Of a DNA stretch of 64,000 nt, positions 13,886 to 27,619 are shown piece after piece. The DNA comes from the human T2T-CHM13v2.0 reference genome, Homo sapiens. The stretch is taken from assembly GCF_009914755.1 (NCBI RefSeq), contig NC_060936.1; one strand, written 5' to 3'. The position numbers were made by a program, and so were the translations under genes. Under the pieces are notes generated by a model. That model had not been told where the DNA came from. It was given only the letters and a program-made list of their open reading frames with translations, and did no database searches. How positions within the stretch are numbered: position 1 is the first letter of the stretch; each line of letters begins with the position of its first letter.

Positions 13886-15104
13886 AAAACAGGTATATTT
13901 TTACACTGTAACCTCCCTGACCCCTGACTGAGAGCTTCTATCTTGGGGAAGAAGTATACATGCTCTGGAAGGAATGTGGAGGTGGCTGTAGCCTATGATG
14001 TATGCAACATCAAGTACTGTTTTGGAGAAAAGGCAAAACTTACAGCGAATAGGTGTTTCTACATAAGAGTAATACATCAGCTAGACATCTTGGAGACATT
14101 CCCGGACTTGGGGTCACATGGTGGATTAGCATTTAAAATAAAGTCACTCTTGTCCCTACATTCTCTCTTATGAGTCCCCTCTACTATATTTCCATTAAGC
14201 ATTTGTCACACTTCTGTTGGGACACACCAGCAACAGGCAATTCACAAATGTCAGTGGCAGCCCAGCTTCAAACAACTCTGTGAGCATCAGTTCAGGCAAA
14301 GCCATACTTCCTGGAGCCTTCACTCAACCCAGCTCTGTTCTGTAGAAGTTTATTTCTCCTTCCACAGGACAATCCTCCAAATATCTGAAGACCACTATTG
14401 TGCCTTCTCAGTGCACCCCCTGTAGACTAAGCAGTCTTAGTTTCTGCCTCATTTCTTAAGGCTTCGTGACACAATTTCATGCCCCTTCACTCTACTGGTG
14501 ACCATCCTATCCAGCTTGCTAGTGTGTCTTTGAAGAATGGCCCTTAAGGCAGAACACAGTTAGCAGAGCAGATATAGCCTATTGCTTCCACTGTCCCATA
14601 TTCTATAATTCGATTAATGTCTAAGAGCATATTAGGACTTTTTTTTGTAGCTACATTGTACTGTTGATTTATAATGAGATTTTCCCCCAGATCTGAATTT
14701 TTTGCACATACGGGTCACTGCTACTAACTTTTCTTCTCCCTCAACCTACCCTCATTTTGCATTTGTACCTCCCCTCAACTGTATGTAGAATTTTACATGT
14801 ATTATTCAACTTATAAACAACTTATGGTTGCATCCAATTGAAATCATTTTGGATTTTGATTCTATAAGATGACATATTGATGACCTCTTTCCATTTTATA
14901 GTATACATAGTTTTGAAAATAGACACCCATTTTTCAGACAAGTCAATGATGCTGATGTTAAGGGCACCATTAAGGACGGAACTTTGTGTCACCCCATTGC
15001 AGACCTCTCCAAGTCAGAACTCTGTTCATGGGTATGGTGGATCTAATAATCAATACACTTTCTACTGTTGATTTTATTCAGCACATATTTCTTGTTCCAA
15101 TAAA

Positions 15105-15385
15105 GCATTTTCCAAATTTCATTTCAAGATGATATTAATAGATTTACCTAAGCAGAAATAGGTGCTATATTAGAAAAAGTTTGGGAGATGGTGCACACTA
15201 TATTCTCTTCTTGGAGAGCTACAATGCATGTTATCATATACAGTATATTACTCTTCAAAATACTGAAAAAAAATATATTTTGTTTAACTCATATTTTCCA
15301 AATGTATTTGTGTACACTCCTTACATACCTATGAATATCCTATGGAAGTCTGTTCTTTGCAGATACCATTTTGGGAACTACTCCC
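15105..15385 (+). mobile_element. MER103C-like hAT element nested in L3
   Basis: aaagtttgggagatggtgcacactatattctc...tttgtttaactcatattttccaaatgtatttg...ttttgggaactact. L3 homology resumes right after it. Confidence 0.65.
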
Positions 15386-16088
15386 TGCAAGGGTAAAATA
15401 AGAGAGCCTGTCAAATGCCTAACTGAAATTCAGACACATATGTCTTCAGCATTTTCCTTGTCTCCCGCTCTAGTAATTTTATCAAAAGAGAAAATGAGTT
15501 AGGTCTGGCTTGAATTGTTCATCCCACATCCATGCTGGCTCCATATTGATCTCATTTGATTTTCTCAATTCCTGCCTTGCCCACAATCAACACAGAATTT
15601 AAAAGAGTTTAATTAATGAAACCCACACTCTCCTGCTTCTCATCTTTTAAGTATATTAACTCAACCTTAGCTTGTCTCTACCTTCTAATGCCTTTCCTTT
15701 TCTCCAGTTTTCCTCAATGCAAATTCTCATGGGTTTAGCCACTTCGTTTTGTGATTTCTTTCAGAAGCCTGAGATGGAATTCACCTGGTCAGGAGCACTT
15801 TGCTTGTTTAATATAGTTGGCTGCCATTTTTGAGCATGATTCTGCCCCATCTTGTTCTTTAATTCTACCTTTGAGGTTCATTCTTGCCTTTTGGGGTTTT
15901 CTGGCATTTCTCTTTACAGAAGATACACACAAAACAGGAACTGATATCCTAGGCTTTATCATTTCTTCACTTTCAGCAGCTTCAAGCCATGTACCCCTTC
16001 TTTTTATTGCCTTCATCTCCTTCAAAATGAAAAAAAAAAGCCCTTTTTGTTGATTGATAGCATTTTTGAAAGCTTTTTCTTATTCTTG

Positions 16089-16168
16089 TTTTTAGCCTAC
16101 TAGACTCTGGTTTTTTTTTTGTTTTTTTTTTTTTTTTTTGTTGTTGTTGTTTTTTTTTTTTTTTTTTT
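16089..16168. repeat. Interrupted poly-T/(TTG)n tract
   Basis: Directly visible ~80-bp T-rich run. Confidence 0.95.
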
Positions 16169-17331
16169 AGTTCCATGACACTTGTCTGCAGCTCACCTAC
16201 ATTTGATTGCCATGTCTTTTTCTTTCTTTTCCTCAGTAGGATTGTTTGACATTGTGTTGTCAGAATTGTATTTCTGTGAGTTTTTCTTCCCTCTTGAGCC
16301 ATCTCCCTTCTCAGAGTTTCTGTCTAAGGAATCCTACCCAACTAATCTTTAAAAATCTATTTTCTTAGAGCTCTGGTCTTCCCATCGCTGGCTGTAACAT
16401 ATTCTAAGATGAAAACAATTGCTTTCTCTCACAGGTCCTTCCTTCTCCTCCCAGGTTTACTTCTTAAACATAATTATATTCAGACTTTCCTTGTCTCTTT
16501 CATTACTTCTTCCTTCAGAGAGATCAAATGATTGGTGGCTCAAGTCAAGAATCTATTTTACCAACAGAAAATGGCATCGTATTTATGTTGGTAGAAGAAA
16601 CTCCTCAGCAATTGTCCAGCAAGCATTTACTCTTGGCAGACAGGCTTATAGTTTATCTTACCATACAGTGCTAGAAAGGTGTGAGTCGTGGAAAGGAAAT
16701 GCAATTAAAAGAGACACATAAATAAATAAAATAAATTAAAACTTGTTTGTTGTGATAATTAGCTTTGTTTACAAAAGGGTATGTGGATATTAACAGGCCT
16801 TAGAATGCTTTAGGGCAGTATCTTCTTTTTTTTTTCCTTTTCTTTCTTTTTTTTTTTTTTTTACTGTAGCTCTTGAGGCCTTCTGTAAATATATTTAATG
16901 AATGAGTTTTGCTAATTGATTTTTTAAAAAACATTATACAGTCCTGGAAAACACAAGAATGAGTTTAATTTACAAAATATATTAATTCTTTTAGTTCTCC
17001 TTATTGATCAAGCATTGAACAATAGTGGTTAATGACTTAGCCAATGAGAGGCGTGGAGAATGTCTGATGTTACCAAGTACAAGTAAAAGGGCTCAGCCAA
17101 GAAATCATAGGCCATATGATCCTTCCTCCAGAGATGTGGAATTTTGGCAATGGGGAGGGTTACTGAGAAAGTGTTATGGTTTAATAAAATTCTAACTCCT
17201 AGATAAACAAGATAAACTAATGTTTTCCAAAATTTTGCCAACAAAAAATAGACTTTATTTTTCTCTCATAGATTTCTTATTTTGAAACATTGTCTTAGAA
17301 ACTGTTGTTAAAAGTTTCCCATTATTTTTAG

Positions 17332-17508
17332 TTATATATGTATGTATATATGTATATATATGTGTATATATGTATATATGTATATATATGTGTATATATG
17401 TATATATGTGTATGTGTGTGTGTATGTATATATGCATATATGTATATATATGTGTGTATATATAGAGAGAGAGAGAGTGAGAGAGAGAGAGAGAGAAAGA
17501 AAGAAAAA
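17332..17508. repeat. Compound (TATATG)n/(TG)n/(GA)n microsatellite
   Basis: Directly visible; explains the five low-complexity ORFs here. Confidence 0.97.
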
Positions 17509-18261
17509 GTGCCATTCAAAACTGCTGACCATCATGAGAGAATTCATGATGGCTGACTCAGTTGATATATTTCTAATCAGAAACAATTAACTTTGATGCT
17601 TTATTTAACCTTTCAGCTTTATTATGAGTAAACTGATCATAAAGCTATTTATATTTATGACTTATTTAGAATGAGTTCATGGGTGCTCGAGGACCCCAAA
17701 CTGGAAGAATTATATTTTCACTGTTCACTGGGCACTCAGCTTTGTCTTGTGATACAGAGTATGTCCATCATCAGCGACTTTCAGCAGTTTTAGTCAACAC
17801 ATGATAATGTAAGGGGAATTTGGAAAACCAAAAATAGATAATGAAGGAACCTTAATTTTGCAAACAGTCCTTCATGGTGAAAGTATTAAAGAGGAGAAAA
17901 ACATAGAAAACACATGTGGTAAGAGGCAGAGGAAGGGGAAGGGGAAGCGGAAGGGAGGCAAGGGGCTGAGGAAGCCAGAGAGTCACCAGTGAGGCACTGA
18001 GTGACAGACTTGGTTCATTCATCTTCTAGGACAGGCTCAGTATGACTGGGAATCTTCCAGGAGGAATCGAGTTAGGTCCTTAATTGTGTATTTTTAAGTA
18101 TATGGGAGAGGAAAGCCTATGTATCTGAAAAACGAAACTATTTTATCCCAGGCTATCATTATTAACCAGATTTTTAAAGTAGTTGTTTTATTGGTGTGTA
18201 ATTACCCAAGTTGTAGTTAATAACTTAATTTCTAGAAGTAATTGAGCTAGGAATAATGCAA

Positions 18262-18480
18262 GTATAGCTACCATTTATAAAGTACCCTTACGTGTGAGGC
18301 ACATCACAAACATTTTTCTAGTCCTTATAGCCACAGGGTAAAGCAGTTTTTATGTACACTTAAACACTAGGAAATGAAATTTTGGAACCTTCAGCAACTT
18401 GCCCTAACATCACATAGCAAAAAAGTTTAGAGTTTAAATTCAGCCTCAGTTCTCTTTGCTTTAAGGCCCATCTTCTTTTC
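18262..18480 (-). mobile_element. MIR
   Basis: tagctaccatttataaagtacc...caacttgccctaacatcacatagc. Confidence 0.65.
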
Positions 18481-20057
18481 CTTCAATATTCTGTCTCTCT
18501 TTGTAACAGATAGCTGTGCAGCTCTGGCTCTTGGTAAGCCTTTTGTTTAAACTTAGGTGTGGTTTCTTCAATATAACATTTTAAATCCCCGAGGATGTTT
18601 TTGAGGTCTTTGGATTTTGAAGTACCTAGAACTAGCTATTATCTCTAGCACTTTAAGAAAAATGCCATTGCATTTTTAAATTTCGATCTCAGAATTAAAA
18701 TGTTCTTGGGTACACTTTAGAAAGGAATCTCAAAGGAATTTGACTTGAAAAGAAAAAGACAAGCAAGTAGTAAAAATAGATTTTTATTTTTTTAAAGCCT
18801 ACAGAAGAGCATCGCAGTGTTAAGGGATTCCTGAGACAGAGTTCTGGAGGTTATCGGGGAGAAGTAGGCCAGCCTTTTTAAAATCGTGTCTGAGTTTTCT
18901 ACTAGACTGTGAGTTTTTGGGGGAGACAGGCATGTCTTTTAAAAAAATCTCTGAATACCCAGGGCTTCACACAGGCATGCAAACAGGTTTAATGAATGCA
19001 TCAAGCATTTACTAGATGTTTCTGATGTGATCAGTTCAAAAGTCAGTTGTCTTAAAGAATGGGGGTATAAAACTTTAAGATTCCTCTTTGCAGGAAATGA
19101 ACAGATTTTAGCTGTGAGAGTCAGCAGTCATGTCAATTATGGGCAAGACCCCCAATTTATCTTGACTGACAGAAGATAGCAGATTGAGCATTTGTAATTT
19201 ATGGGAGTAATACCTAACGCAACTCATCCATCACAAGCACCCTGATGACAGAATTTTCCTCTCTCTTCCATATACATAGACACACCCCAGTTTCTGGTAA
19301 TACATCAAGGGTTGGATTGGCCCTTTTCTTCTACAAAGCTACTCTACTCAGCAAAATGACACAAAACTGTAAGGAATATCTCCTGGCCATATGTCAACCA
19401 AAATCATACTGGTAGCATAAAGCACATTTCTAAACACGAATGCCATGCATTTTAAATAAGTTTTCTCATGCTTTGTTTTGTTTGATTTTTATTTTAACTA
19501 ATCCATTATTTGATTAACATGATAGAGGCAGTAAGAAGTTAGGCAGAACTAGAACCATGGACATGAAAGGGCCAGAGGCACAGGTGAGGGGAGAGAGCAG
19601 CACCTGCCTGAAGAATACACTTGAGAAACTGGCTGCATGCACAGGCCTTGTTCTTACACAGTGTGGGGCTAAGATCTGCCAGAGGTAGCGGCTTACTTGC
19701 TTGGGGGCTGATGCCCACAATAGCATGTTTATATGAAGTCTGCTGTGGCCAAATACTGAATTGAAGAGTCAAGAGGAAATGACAATTTTTTTCCTTTACT
19801 AGACCCTGAGGCTAATGACAATACAGTGAAGGCATGATATGCAACATTTAACTTGTGTTTCCATCCCCATTTTAGAAAAATGTGTTTCTCCTCCTCACAC
19901 CTAAAGCCCTGCAGCGAGGGAGGTAATTGCCTATCCTAAAATGCTTTTGTGAAGTAGAAAATCCAACACATTGTTTTAGAGGAATATGATTTCTCACACA
20001 AGTCATTAAAATGTTTCAGAGTTCTCTCTCTCCTTCCGGTAGCTGACATCCTAGGCT

Positions 20058-20236
20058 AGTGTTTCTCAAACTTTGATTGGTATCAGAATCACCTGAGGAA
20101 CTTGGTAAAAAATATGAAGGCCCAGATCCTCTCCTACTTCCAGGGCCAGCTTCTTTGTCTTTTGGAGATGGCCTTTCTGTATTTTATTAGACCTCCAATT
20201 GATCCCGATATTCATCCAAATTTGAGAACCAATGCT
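20058..20236. mobile_element. MER5A-like hAT-Charlie MITE
   Basis: Inverted termini tagtgtttctcaaacttt / aaatttgagaaccaatg; internal atcagaatcacctgagga. Confidence 0.8.
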
Positions 20237-20655
20237 CTAGGCAACTGGGTGGGATTCCCTTCCTTCTCTTCACTTTTTTTTTTGTGTGTTTGAACATTCT
20301 TGATTTCTGCACAATTTTGTTTTCCATTTCCTGGTCCTAGTTTCTTTATTTTGTCTTTACATATTGACTCCAAATTCTGCTGACTCTTTTTAATCTGACC
20401 CCATCCTGACTCCCTTGGCATCTCCCATGTGCTTTCTGCTTTCGTGCCCCTTGGACTCTAGCTTCTTCCTGCCTGCCTTGCTCACCTGTTTCCTAAGACT
20501 CAAAGGACCTTGCACCTACTCCTTGTAAGGAGGGTGAGGTGAGGGAAGCATTCGGATATTCATCACATTAATTTTACGCACTTGTATTCTGCATTGACCC
20601 AAAACGAATTCATGACTTTCTTTTGTTTTAAAACTATATCAAACATGATATTTAA

Positions 20656-21405
20656 TGAAATGGGAGAGTTCCCTGACCCCCCTCTCAGGACATGTGACAG
20701 GGGTGTGGCTTGTCTGTTTGGCTGCTGTGCTCAAAACCCTCATGGGAGAGGAAGCATGCAGACAGGCAGGTGCGTGAGCTGGGATGAGTGCTTTTGGGCT
20801 CTGGCCCCACAGTAGTGTCTAGGGGTGGGTGTCTGTGACTCCCGAAGCCCCAGTGAGCATGTTACAGTGCTCCTTTAGCTCTGCTGTCTGCAGACGGCTT
20901 AAGTGTTAACCAGCTCAGTGTCCTCTTGGTACCTGGATTCCTGTCCATTGTCCAGGAAGAAACAGATCACACAGACAAATTGAAGGATAGTAAATGCAGT
21001 GATTTTATTGCTGGATAGAGGTGACTGTCAAAGGGATGGATGGGGAACTGGAAAGGGGATGGAGTGGGAAGATGATCTTCCCCTAGAGTTTGGCCATCCC
21101 ACAGCCGATCTCCTCTCTGACCATCCCCAGCCAAACTCCTCTCGACATCCAGACACTCCTTCTCTTCTCTCTCTCTCTGCTGTGCCACTCTTCTACACCT
21201 CTGCTCTTCTGCTCATGGAGCCTGGGGTTTGGGATTTATATGGGTACAGGATAGGGGGGCATGGCAGGCCAAATGCAACGTTTTGGTGTGAAAATAGGAA
21301 TGCCTGTTCCCATGTAGGGCTGTGGGTTTCCAGGCTTGAGGGTGGGTACTTTGCCAGGCAACTGCCCTTTTCTACCCGTTATATCCCTGCGTCCTGACTG
21401 TATCA
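20656..21405 (-). mobile_element. ERV1 solo LTR, LTR1/LTR27/LTR28/MER52 group
   Basis: tgaaatggg...gtatca ends, 750 bp, perfect 4-bp TSD ttaa (20652-20655, 21406-21409). Visibly homologous to 49186-49904. Confidence 0.88.
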
Positions 21406-22248
21406 TTAATACAATACCTTAAAATACAGTTCTCCCTCTAATTTCAATAGAAATTCATTTATGAGTAAATCATTTACAAAATACTCAGTAGATTCATTAT
21501 TAATTAATATAATGTGTCATAACTGGGTAAATTTCAAAAAAGGCAGGGGGGCAAATACCCATAAAGGGGAGAGAGAAGCATATTTCTCCAAAGTGACTGC
21601 TCATGGCTCCTTTTTGTTGACTTTTTGAAAACAGTGATACAGGCCTTATATCCAGTCAATGAGTATTTATTAATTGCCCATATAGTGCATAATAGATCAT
21701 TGAGAATTTGAAGTTAAAAGAAAATGTTAGGCAGATGTAGGGCTAACTTCCAAGGAACTAGGAGAACCTGTTGAAACAATGCTGAGAAAAGTGCCATCTA
21801 GGATTTATGGTTAGGACCCATAAATACTGTCGTACAATGTTTGAAATATTCTTTTATCTGTAATAAATAATTATTCATCATAATGTAAAGTTTTAGATTT
21901 TCTTCTTTTACTAAGCTATCATGTGCCCAGGAAGGTTCTCTAGCTGTGGTGTATTCAGAATACATTTCAGTGTCTATCCAGAATACATCTTTTGGCACAT
22001 CCTCTGAGAAAATATCACTGGATGCAAAAACGGAAGGAGCAAGAATGAAGTTATTGTGAGCTAAGTCAGGAGACATGAGGAGCTGGGCTTTTCCTTTGTA
22101 AAAAACTGGAAATCTTCACTTTGTCCATCTCTGTGCTTACAGTTTTAGCAGGGCCGTAGAAGACAGGAAAAAGAAATCACCCTTCTTAGAAGATTTTGAT
22201 TCAAAAAGATTTCCTATGTCCACTGGTATGTCTCATATTCAAGGGATG

Positions 22249-22590
22249 TTTTATTTTATTTTATTTTATTTTATTTTATTTTATTTTATTTTATTTTATT
22301 TTATTTTTGAGATGGAATCTCACTCTCTTGCCCAGGCTGGAGTGCAGTGGCACTATCTCAGCTCACTGCAACCTCCGCCTCCCAGAGTCAAGTGGTTCTC
22401 CTGACTCAGCCTCCTGAGTAGCTGGAATTACAGGCACGCACCACCACACCCAGTTAATTTTTGTATTTTTAGTAGAGATGGCATTTCACCATGTTGGCCA
22501 GGGTAGTCTAGAACTCCTGACCTCAAGTGATCTGCCTGCCTTGGCCTCCTAAAGTGCTGGGATTACAGGCCTGAGCCACTGCACCTAGTC
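22249..22590 (-). mobile_element. AluS (Sx/Sz-like) with (TTTTA)n tail
   Basis: Full dimer; cctgacctcaagtgatc. TSD core tcaaggga at 22239 and 22591. Confidence 0.95.
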
Positions 22591-22629
22591 TCAAGGGACA
22601 CTTTATATTTCTAAAGAAGAGAAGATCAA

Positions 22630-23326
22630 TTGTTGTAGTAAATAGTTGTTTAATCTTTTTGGCTACCTACAATCTCAACTTCCTTTCCAATATCTGGAAA
22701 TTTCCCACATTATGAGGCAGAAACTCCTTCTTATTATACAGTTGGGTATGTCAGATAGTCTCATTTCCAATGGTCCTTGCAGGAAGAGTAATGAGCACAT
22801 GACCTAAAATTTCCACCATGCACACACACTTCTGCCCAGATTTGTGTGGGAAGCCGATGAAGAGGAGAAGAAACTGTCCAGATTCTAGTCTGAGAGAAGT
22901 GATGATAGGGAGGGCAATTGCATCCTGTTCCTAAAGGTGGGCGGTGGGAGAGCATTAATGTGTGTCCTGGTTCAGTGCCTGGTATCAGTAATGTCTGGCA
23001 GTGTTGCCATCTGCAGGCTGTTGGGAGTAGCATTGAGGGTGGGTGAGAAGTAGACAGATGGCAGCCCAGGTCTAAGGGAGATAGATGCTCTGCCACGGGT
23101 CAGGGTGGCAGTCTGTAGTTTGGACTTTTGAGGCATATATGGGAATTCCCAGTGGCAGCAGTGGTTTTAGGATTTTGGATTCTGTTTTGGACTGATAGGC
23201 TCCCAGGCTTGATTCTCCAGTTTTCTTATCTGTGAATGCCCAATATCCTTTTAAAAAATCTCCTTTCCACTTAAATAAGTCAAGGTTAGTGCCTGATGCT
23301 TACAAATAGGAGGCTTGACCAACACA
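22630..23326 (+). mobile_element. LTR33-like ERVL solo LTR
   Basis: tttttggctacctac...ggaaatttcccacattatgagg start; cccaatatccttttaaaaaatctcctttccacttaa...caacaca end. Confidence 0.7.
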
Positions 23327-24355
23327 GTTACTTTTCTTTACAGGTTTTCCTTCAGAAAACATAGCTTCCCAACTTCAAAATATTTAAGACAAGTTTTAGG
23401 GGTAAACTTCTACTTTTTAGACCAAAATGATCTTTCCAAAAGGCAACTGTTTCCATTTGTATTGTAATGTTGGCACAAAACCTATTTCCAGTTTTAATTA
23501 ACACACATGAAATGGAGCAAAAGTGAGAACAGATGAACCGCATAGTTGAACAGGTCCTTCTCTGCCTGCTTGCTCCATGAGAGACTCAAAGTGAAGAGAA
23601 GATTTCGTCTGGGAAGCTAGGCTTTCTGGTTGGAGATTGCATTTTTAGGATTTTAGAAGTTCTGTTCTTGAGCCATCCAGTAGCTGAGGGCATGGGAGGA
23701 AATTGTCTTCTGTAAGTCTTCGTGCAAGTGACACCCTAGAAAATGGTGGCCATGAACCTGCTCATGGCACACACATGCATTCTGTGGTGCTGTGTCTTAC
23801 ACTGTGGCATGATCTGAAAGATGCGCCACGAAAGAGCTATACAGGAGGCCTAAATATCCAGGTGAGTAGTCCTTTGAGTACGTGGTTTCATTTAAGGGTG
23901 AAAATTAGAGTGTTTTGAGAAGCAGACAGACAGCTCATCCTTTAGGCAAGCCTCCTACAGTATTATAATTGAAAATTAGGTTGTGATAAAGAGTTTAAGA
24001 TTAACTTTCTGGAAAATACCTGAGAGTTGAATGCTCTTTTCTGAAAATTAATGAATAATTACTCCACGGATGTATGCTTGACATCTGGGCAAAGAAAGGA
24101 GCCTGACTATGTCACTTGCCTGAAGACATGGCTGCACCATCTCAGGAAAGAGAAGCCAAGTGGGATGTGGGGTCAACAGCAGGCTGTGACTTCCAGACCA
24201 CAGCTTTATTCCCTGGAGGGTGAGTTGCTAAGACAACATGTTCTATGGCTATCGTAACATTGGTGATATGGCCGTGATTATTTGTGTAATAATAAAGGAG
24301 AGGAATGGAGTGGTAAACAACTGAGACTATAAACTAGTTTAGAATAGATCTGTGA

Positions 24356-24677
24356 GGCCGGGTGCGGTGGCTCCTGCCTGTAATCCCAGAACTTTGGGAG
24401 GCCGAGGCGGGTGGATCACCTGAGGCCGGGAGTTCCAGATCAGCCTGGCCAACATAGTGAAAGCCCTTCTTTACTAAAAATACTAAATTAGCCGGGTGTG
24501 GTGGCACATGCCGTAATCCCAGCTACTCGGGAGGCTGAGACAGGAGAATCACTTGAACCTGGGTGGGGTGGAGGCTGCAGGGAGCCGAGATCACACCGCT
24601 GCACTCCAGCCTGGGTGAGACAGAGTGAGACTCTGTCTCAAAAAAATAAATAAATAAAATAAAATAAATTAAAAAAA
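24356..24677 (+). mobile_element. AluS (Sx/Sq-like)
   Basis: Full dimer with A-rich tail. Degenerate TSD agaatagatctgtga / agaatatatgtgtga. Confidence 0.95.
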
Positions 24678-25999
24678 AGAATATATGTGTGAGAACACAT
24701 TTAATTATATTTAGCTCAAATATAATATAATATATTTAGTTTGAAATATATTTGTAAGAATGAAAATGGAAACCTCAAAAGATTTGCCTCCTCTCTTTTT
24801 TATGTGGACATGCATGTGTCTCTTAGAAATTGAAATGCAGTCATCACAGCTCACATTTGTTGAGTTTCTACAGTGCTTAAAGGCAATGGGCTGGGTACTT
24901 TTTCTATGTTATTGCACTTGGTTCTCAGAGAAACTCCAGGAGGAAGGTACTGTTGTTTTCACATATAATTCTGTAGAGTTTGTGTGAAGACCCTGCCCAG
25001 GAATGTCACCCAGCATCCCCAGTAAACCACAAAATCAAATGGAAAACACAAAGAAGGCACAAAAATTAAAGATACAATTTTCTTCCAATTACTTACTAAT
25101 TAGTGAGCTCACAGGTTTATTTGTTATCATTAACACTGTAGATAATCAGCTCACGGTTATTTGAAGATTTGTTTCTACTGAATGTTTCTGTAGGAAATTT
25201 CATGATGACTGAAGAGGAAAAAAATCAAAGCAAATATTTCAGAGAGTATTACCTTGATTGTGTTTAGCTGTGCAGAAACAAAAATTATAACCAGATATAC
25301 CTATTCAATAATTTTCTTTTTCTAAACCACATTGGCCCTGGGCTGGGAGTATTTACATGGGCACCATCTTTTATGCTCTTTAACATATCTAGGTATCATG
25401 TCAACATGGTAATAATCCTAATTTTTAAGTTAGTGGTGATCAAACTTTCATATGCACAAAAATCAACCAAGGTGCTGTTAACAAGGTATATTTATAGGTT
25501 CCACCCCAAAGTTTGTGATTCATCACTTCTGTTTCTGATGCAGGTTGTTTCTGGGCCCAGTTTCTGAAAAACTCTTCCCAGGTGAGAAATAATAGTGGCA
25601 AAGACTGGGGCAGTATCTCAGGGAATAGGTCAGGTACTGGTGGGATATTCATAAGGCATCATGTTTCTTTGAAGCCTTTTCCTTGACTATTTCCTATTTC
25701 CTCCCCAATCTCTAGTTCCACCATCTCAACCCAAGTTTCCAATGGACTCTTCTCCCTAACCATCAAATCTGTTTATGATACCAAGAAGCAATGTCTTGCT
25801 GGTTGACTGTCCAGACTCAGCCTCTCAGTGAAGGCTAAAAACTATGTGCAAGTATTTCACCCACATCTGGGCCTTCCCAATCAGAAACCTCTGAATAAGT
25901 AAACTCATTCTGAATTAGTAATGATTCTCCTCCTGCTTTAGGCCTTTTTAGGAACTGTGTGTTCTACTCTGTGAGCAGGGACCTGTACTGGGGACCATA

Positions 26000-26140
26000 A
26001 AACCCTGAGTTTGAATCAGGGCTTCATCACTTACAAATTGCACGATTTTGAGCAAGTAGTAATTCATGTTTTTAGACAATCTGTTTTGTCAACTGTGAAT
26101 GGAAATAATCTCTATTTGGCTTGGTTGTTGAGATAACTCA
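26000..26140 (+). mobile_element. MIR fragment
   Basis: cctgagtttgaatcagggcttcatcacttac...ttgagcaagt. Confidence 0.6.
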
Positions 26141-26149
26141 ATATTACTC

Positions 26150-27330
26150 CTTCATTCAACAAATATTTATTGTGCACCTCCCATGTGTCAGGTTCTAGTG
26201 GGGATATAGTTTTAAATCATATAAAGTCCCTGCCCTTGTGGAGCTTATATTATAGAGGGAAAGACAGACAATAGTAAATGGTTAATATACTAGTGTGTCA
26301 GAATTAAGTACTGTGAAGACAAATAAAGCAGAGTTGTTGGATAGAGAGGGGTTGCCATGGGTGATGGGGTGAGCTATTTTAGGTTGGAAGGCATTTGTGA
26401 GATAATGTGTCTAAAAGCAAAAGTAAATACTTGTGTAAATGTTCAGGTAATTTTGATTAAATTTGAACTCACCCAAGTTTTCCCTGTTTCTCGTTCATGT
26501 TTTCCCCTTCTGTGGAGGTTAAGCATATTTATTATCTTTCAATTATTTGATTTCCTGTCAAATGTGACATTCCTGTTTGTGTGTAATTAGCATTTATAGA
26601 ACTTTTTAGTAACATAAACTATACATGAGATATATCTTGTCTACAGCCAAAAAGAACATATACATTGATTTATTTAATTCATTAATATTCATTAATTACC
26701 TATGACATATCAGACATTTTATAGAAATTGCAGACATGGAGGTAAACAAGACAAATATGGTACAAATTGTCCTTGAACTTACATTCTAGCAGGGGTGACA
26801 GGCATTCAACTACCAGGAAAGACGGATATTAAATGCCAGTTGCACAATTTAAGTTCTATAAAAATTAAAAGTGATCTATAAATAACAGAAATATCTGACC
26901 TACTTGGGGGTGGTGGTGACAAAAAAACATTTCTTTGAGGAAGCAAAATTTGAGCAATGCTTCAAAAGCAGAATGTGAATTAAATAGGCCCAAGTGAAGA
27001 AGAGTGGGTTGGCAAGGGGCGAGGTTTCAGAGAGGTTAGCACATGTCTCCCTGAGCAGGAAGGAACATGACCCTTCTAAATGACCTGAGAAAACTTAAAA
27101 AAAAAAAAAAAATTAGCCTGCATGTTGGTGGGAATGGACTGGAAGAGGTAAGTGTGAAATGGAAGAACTGGGAGTTTGGACTAGGGTTTAGAAATATTGT
27201 TTATGAGATAAAATGAACAAGTCTTATGATTGATTAGATATGTCAGGTGGAGGTGTGTACCATCTTGCATGTGTCTGGCTCTCCGTGTACACTTGGGGAA
27301 AGGGACTGTTCATCACAACATTGCTGATCT
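26150..27330 (-). mobile_element. Two or more L2 3' fragments
   Basis: ttcattcaacaaatatttattgtgcacc...gtccctgcccttgtggagctta, and a second start near 26670 (attcattaattacctatg...gaacttacattctagcagggg). Confidence 0.7.
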
Positions 27331-27619
27331 GGTCTTGTTGCCCTTAGGTAGTAGGAATAATACTTCCTACGGCTTTGTTCTATTTAGCATAGTGTCACTA
27401 AAAGAGCAGTGGATGGGAAGTCAAGGAAATCCATGTTATAATACCAACTCTCACTAACTAGTCTAACAAGTTTCTTAACTACTTGGTATGGATTTGGTGT
27501 TATCCTTTGCAAGATATTGGATCATAAAGTATCTAAAATTCTAGATCTAATGAGGTTAAGTAAATTAAAATTTAAGCAGCGATTTAAAAAAAGCACATAT
27601 TAAGTCATAGTAAATGTTA

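Larger units (their letters stand above)
14200..16640 (-). mobile_element. Long CR1/L3 LINE fragment, interrupted by MER103 and a poly-T tract
   Basis: Colinear with recalled L3 ORF2 antisense: aaatatctgaagaccactattgtg, aatcattttggattttgattct, gacaagtcaatgatgctgatgtt, gagagcctgtcaaatgcctaactgaaattcagacac, aaatgagttaggtctggc, ccatgctggctcc. Less certain beyond ~15900. Confidence 0.75.

Noticed and set aside
17255-17590. Cluster of Y/I/H/T-rich ORFs
   Set aside because: Translation of a microsatellite.
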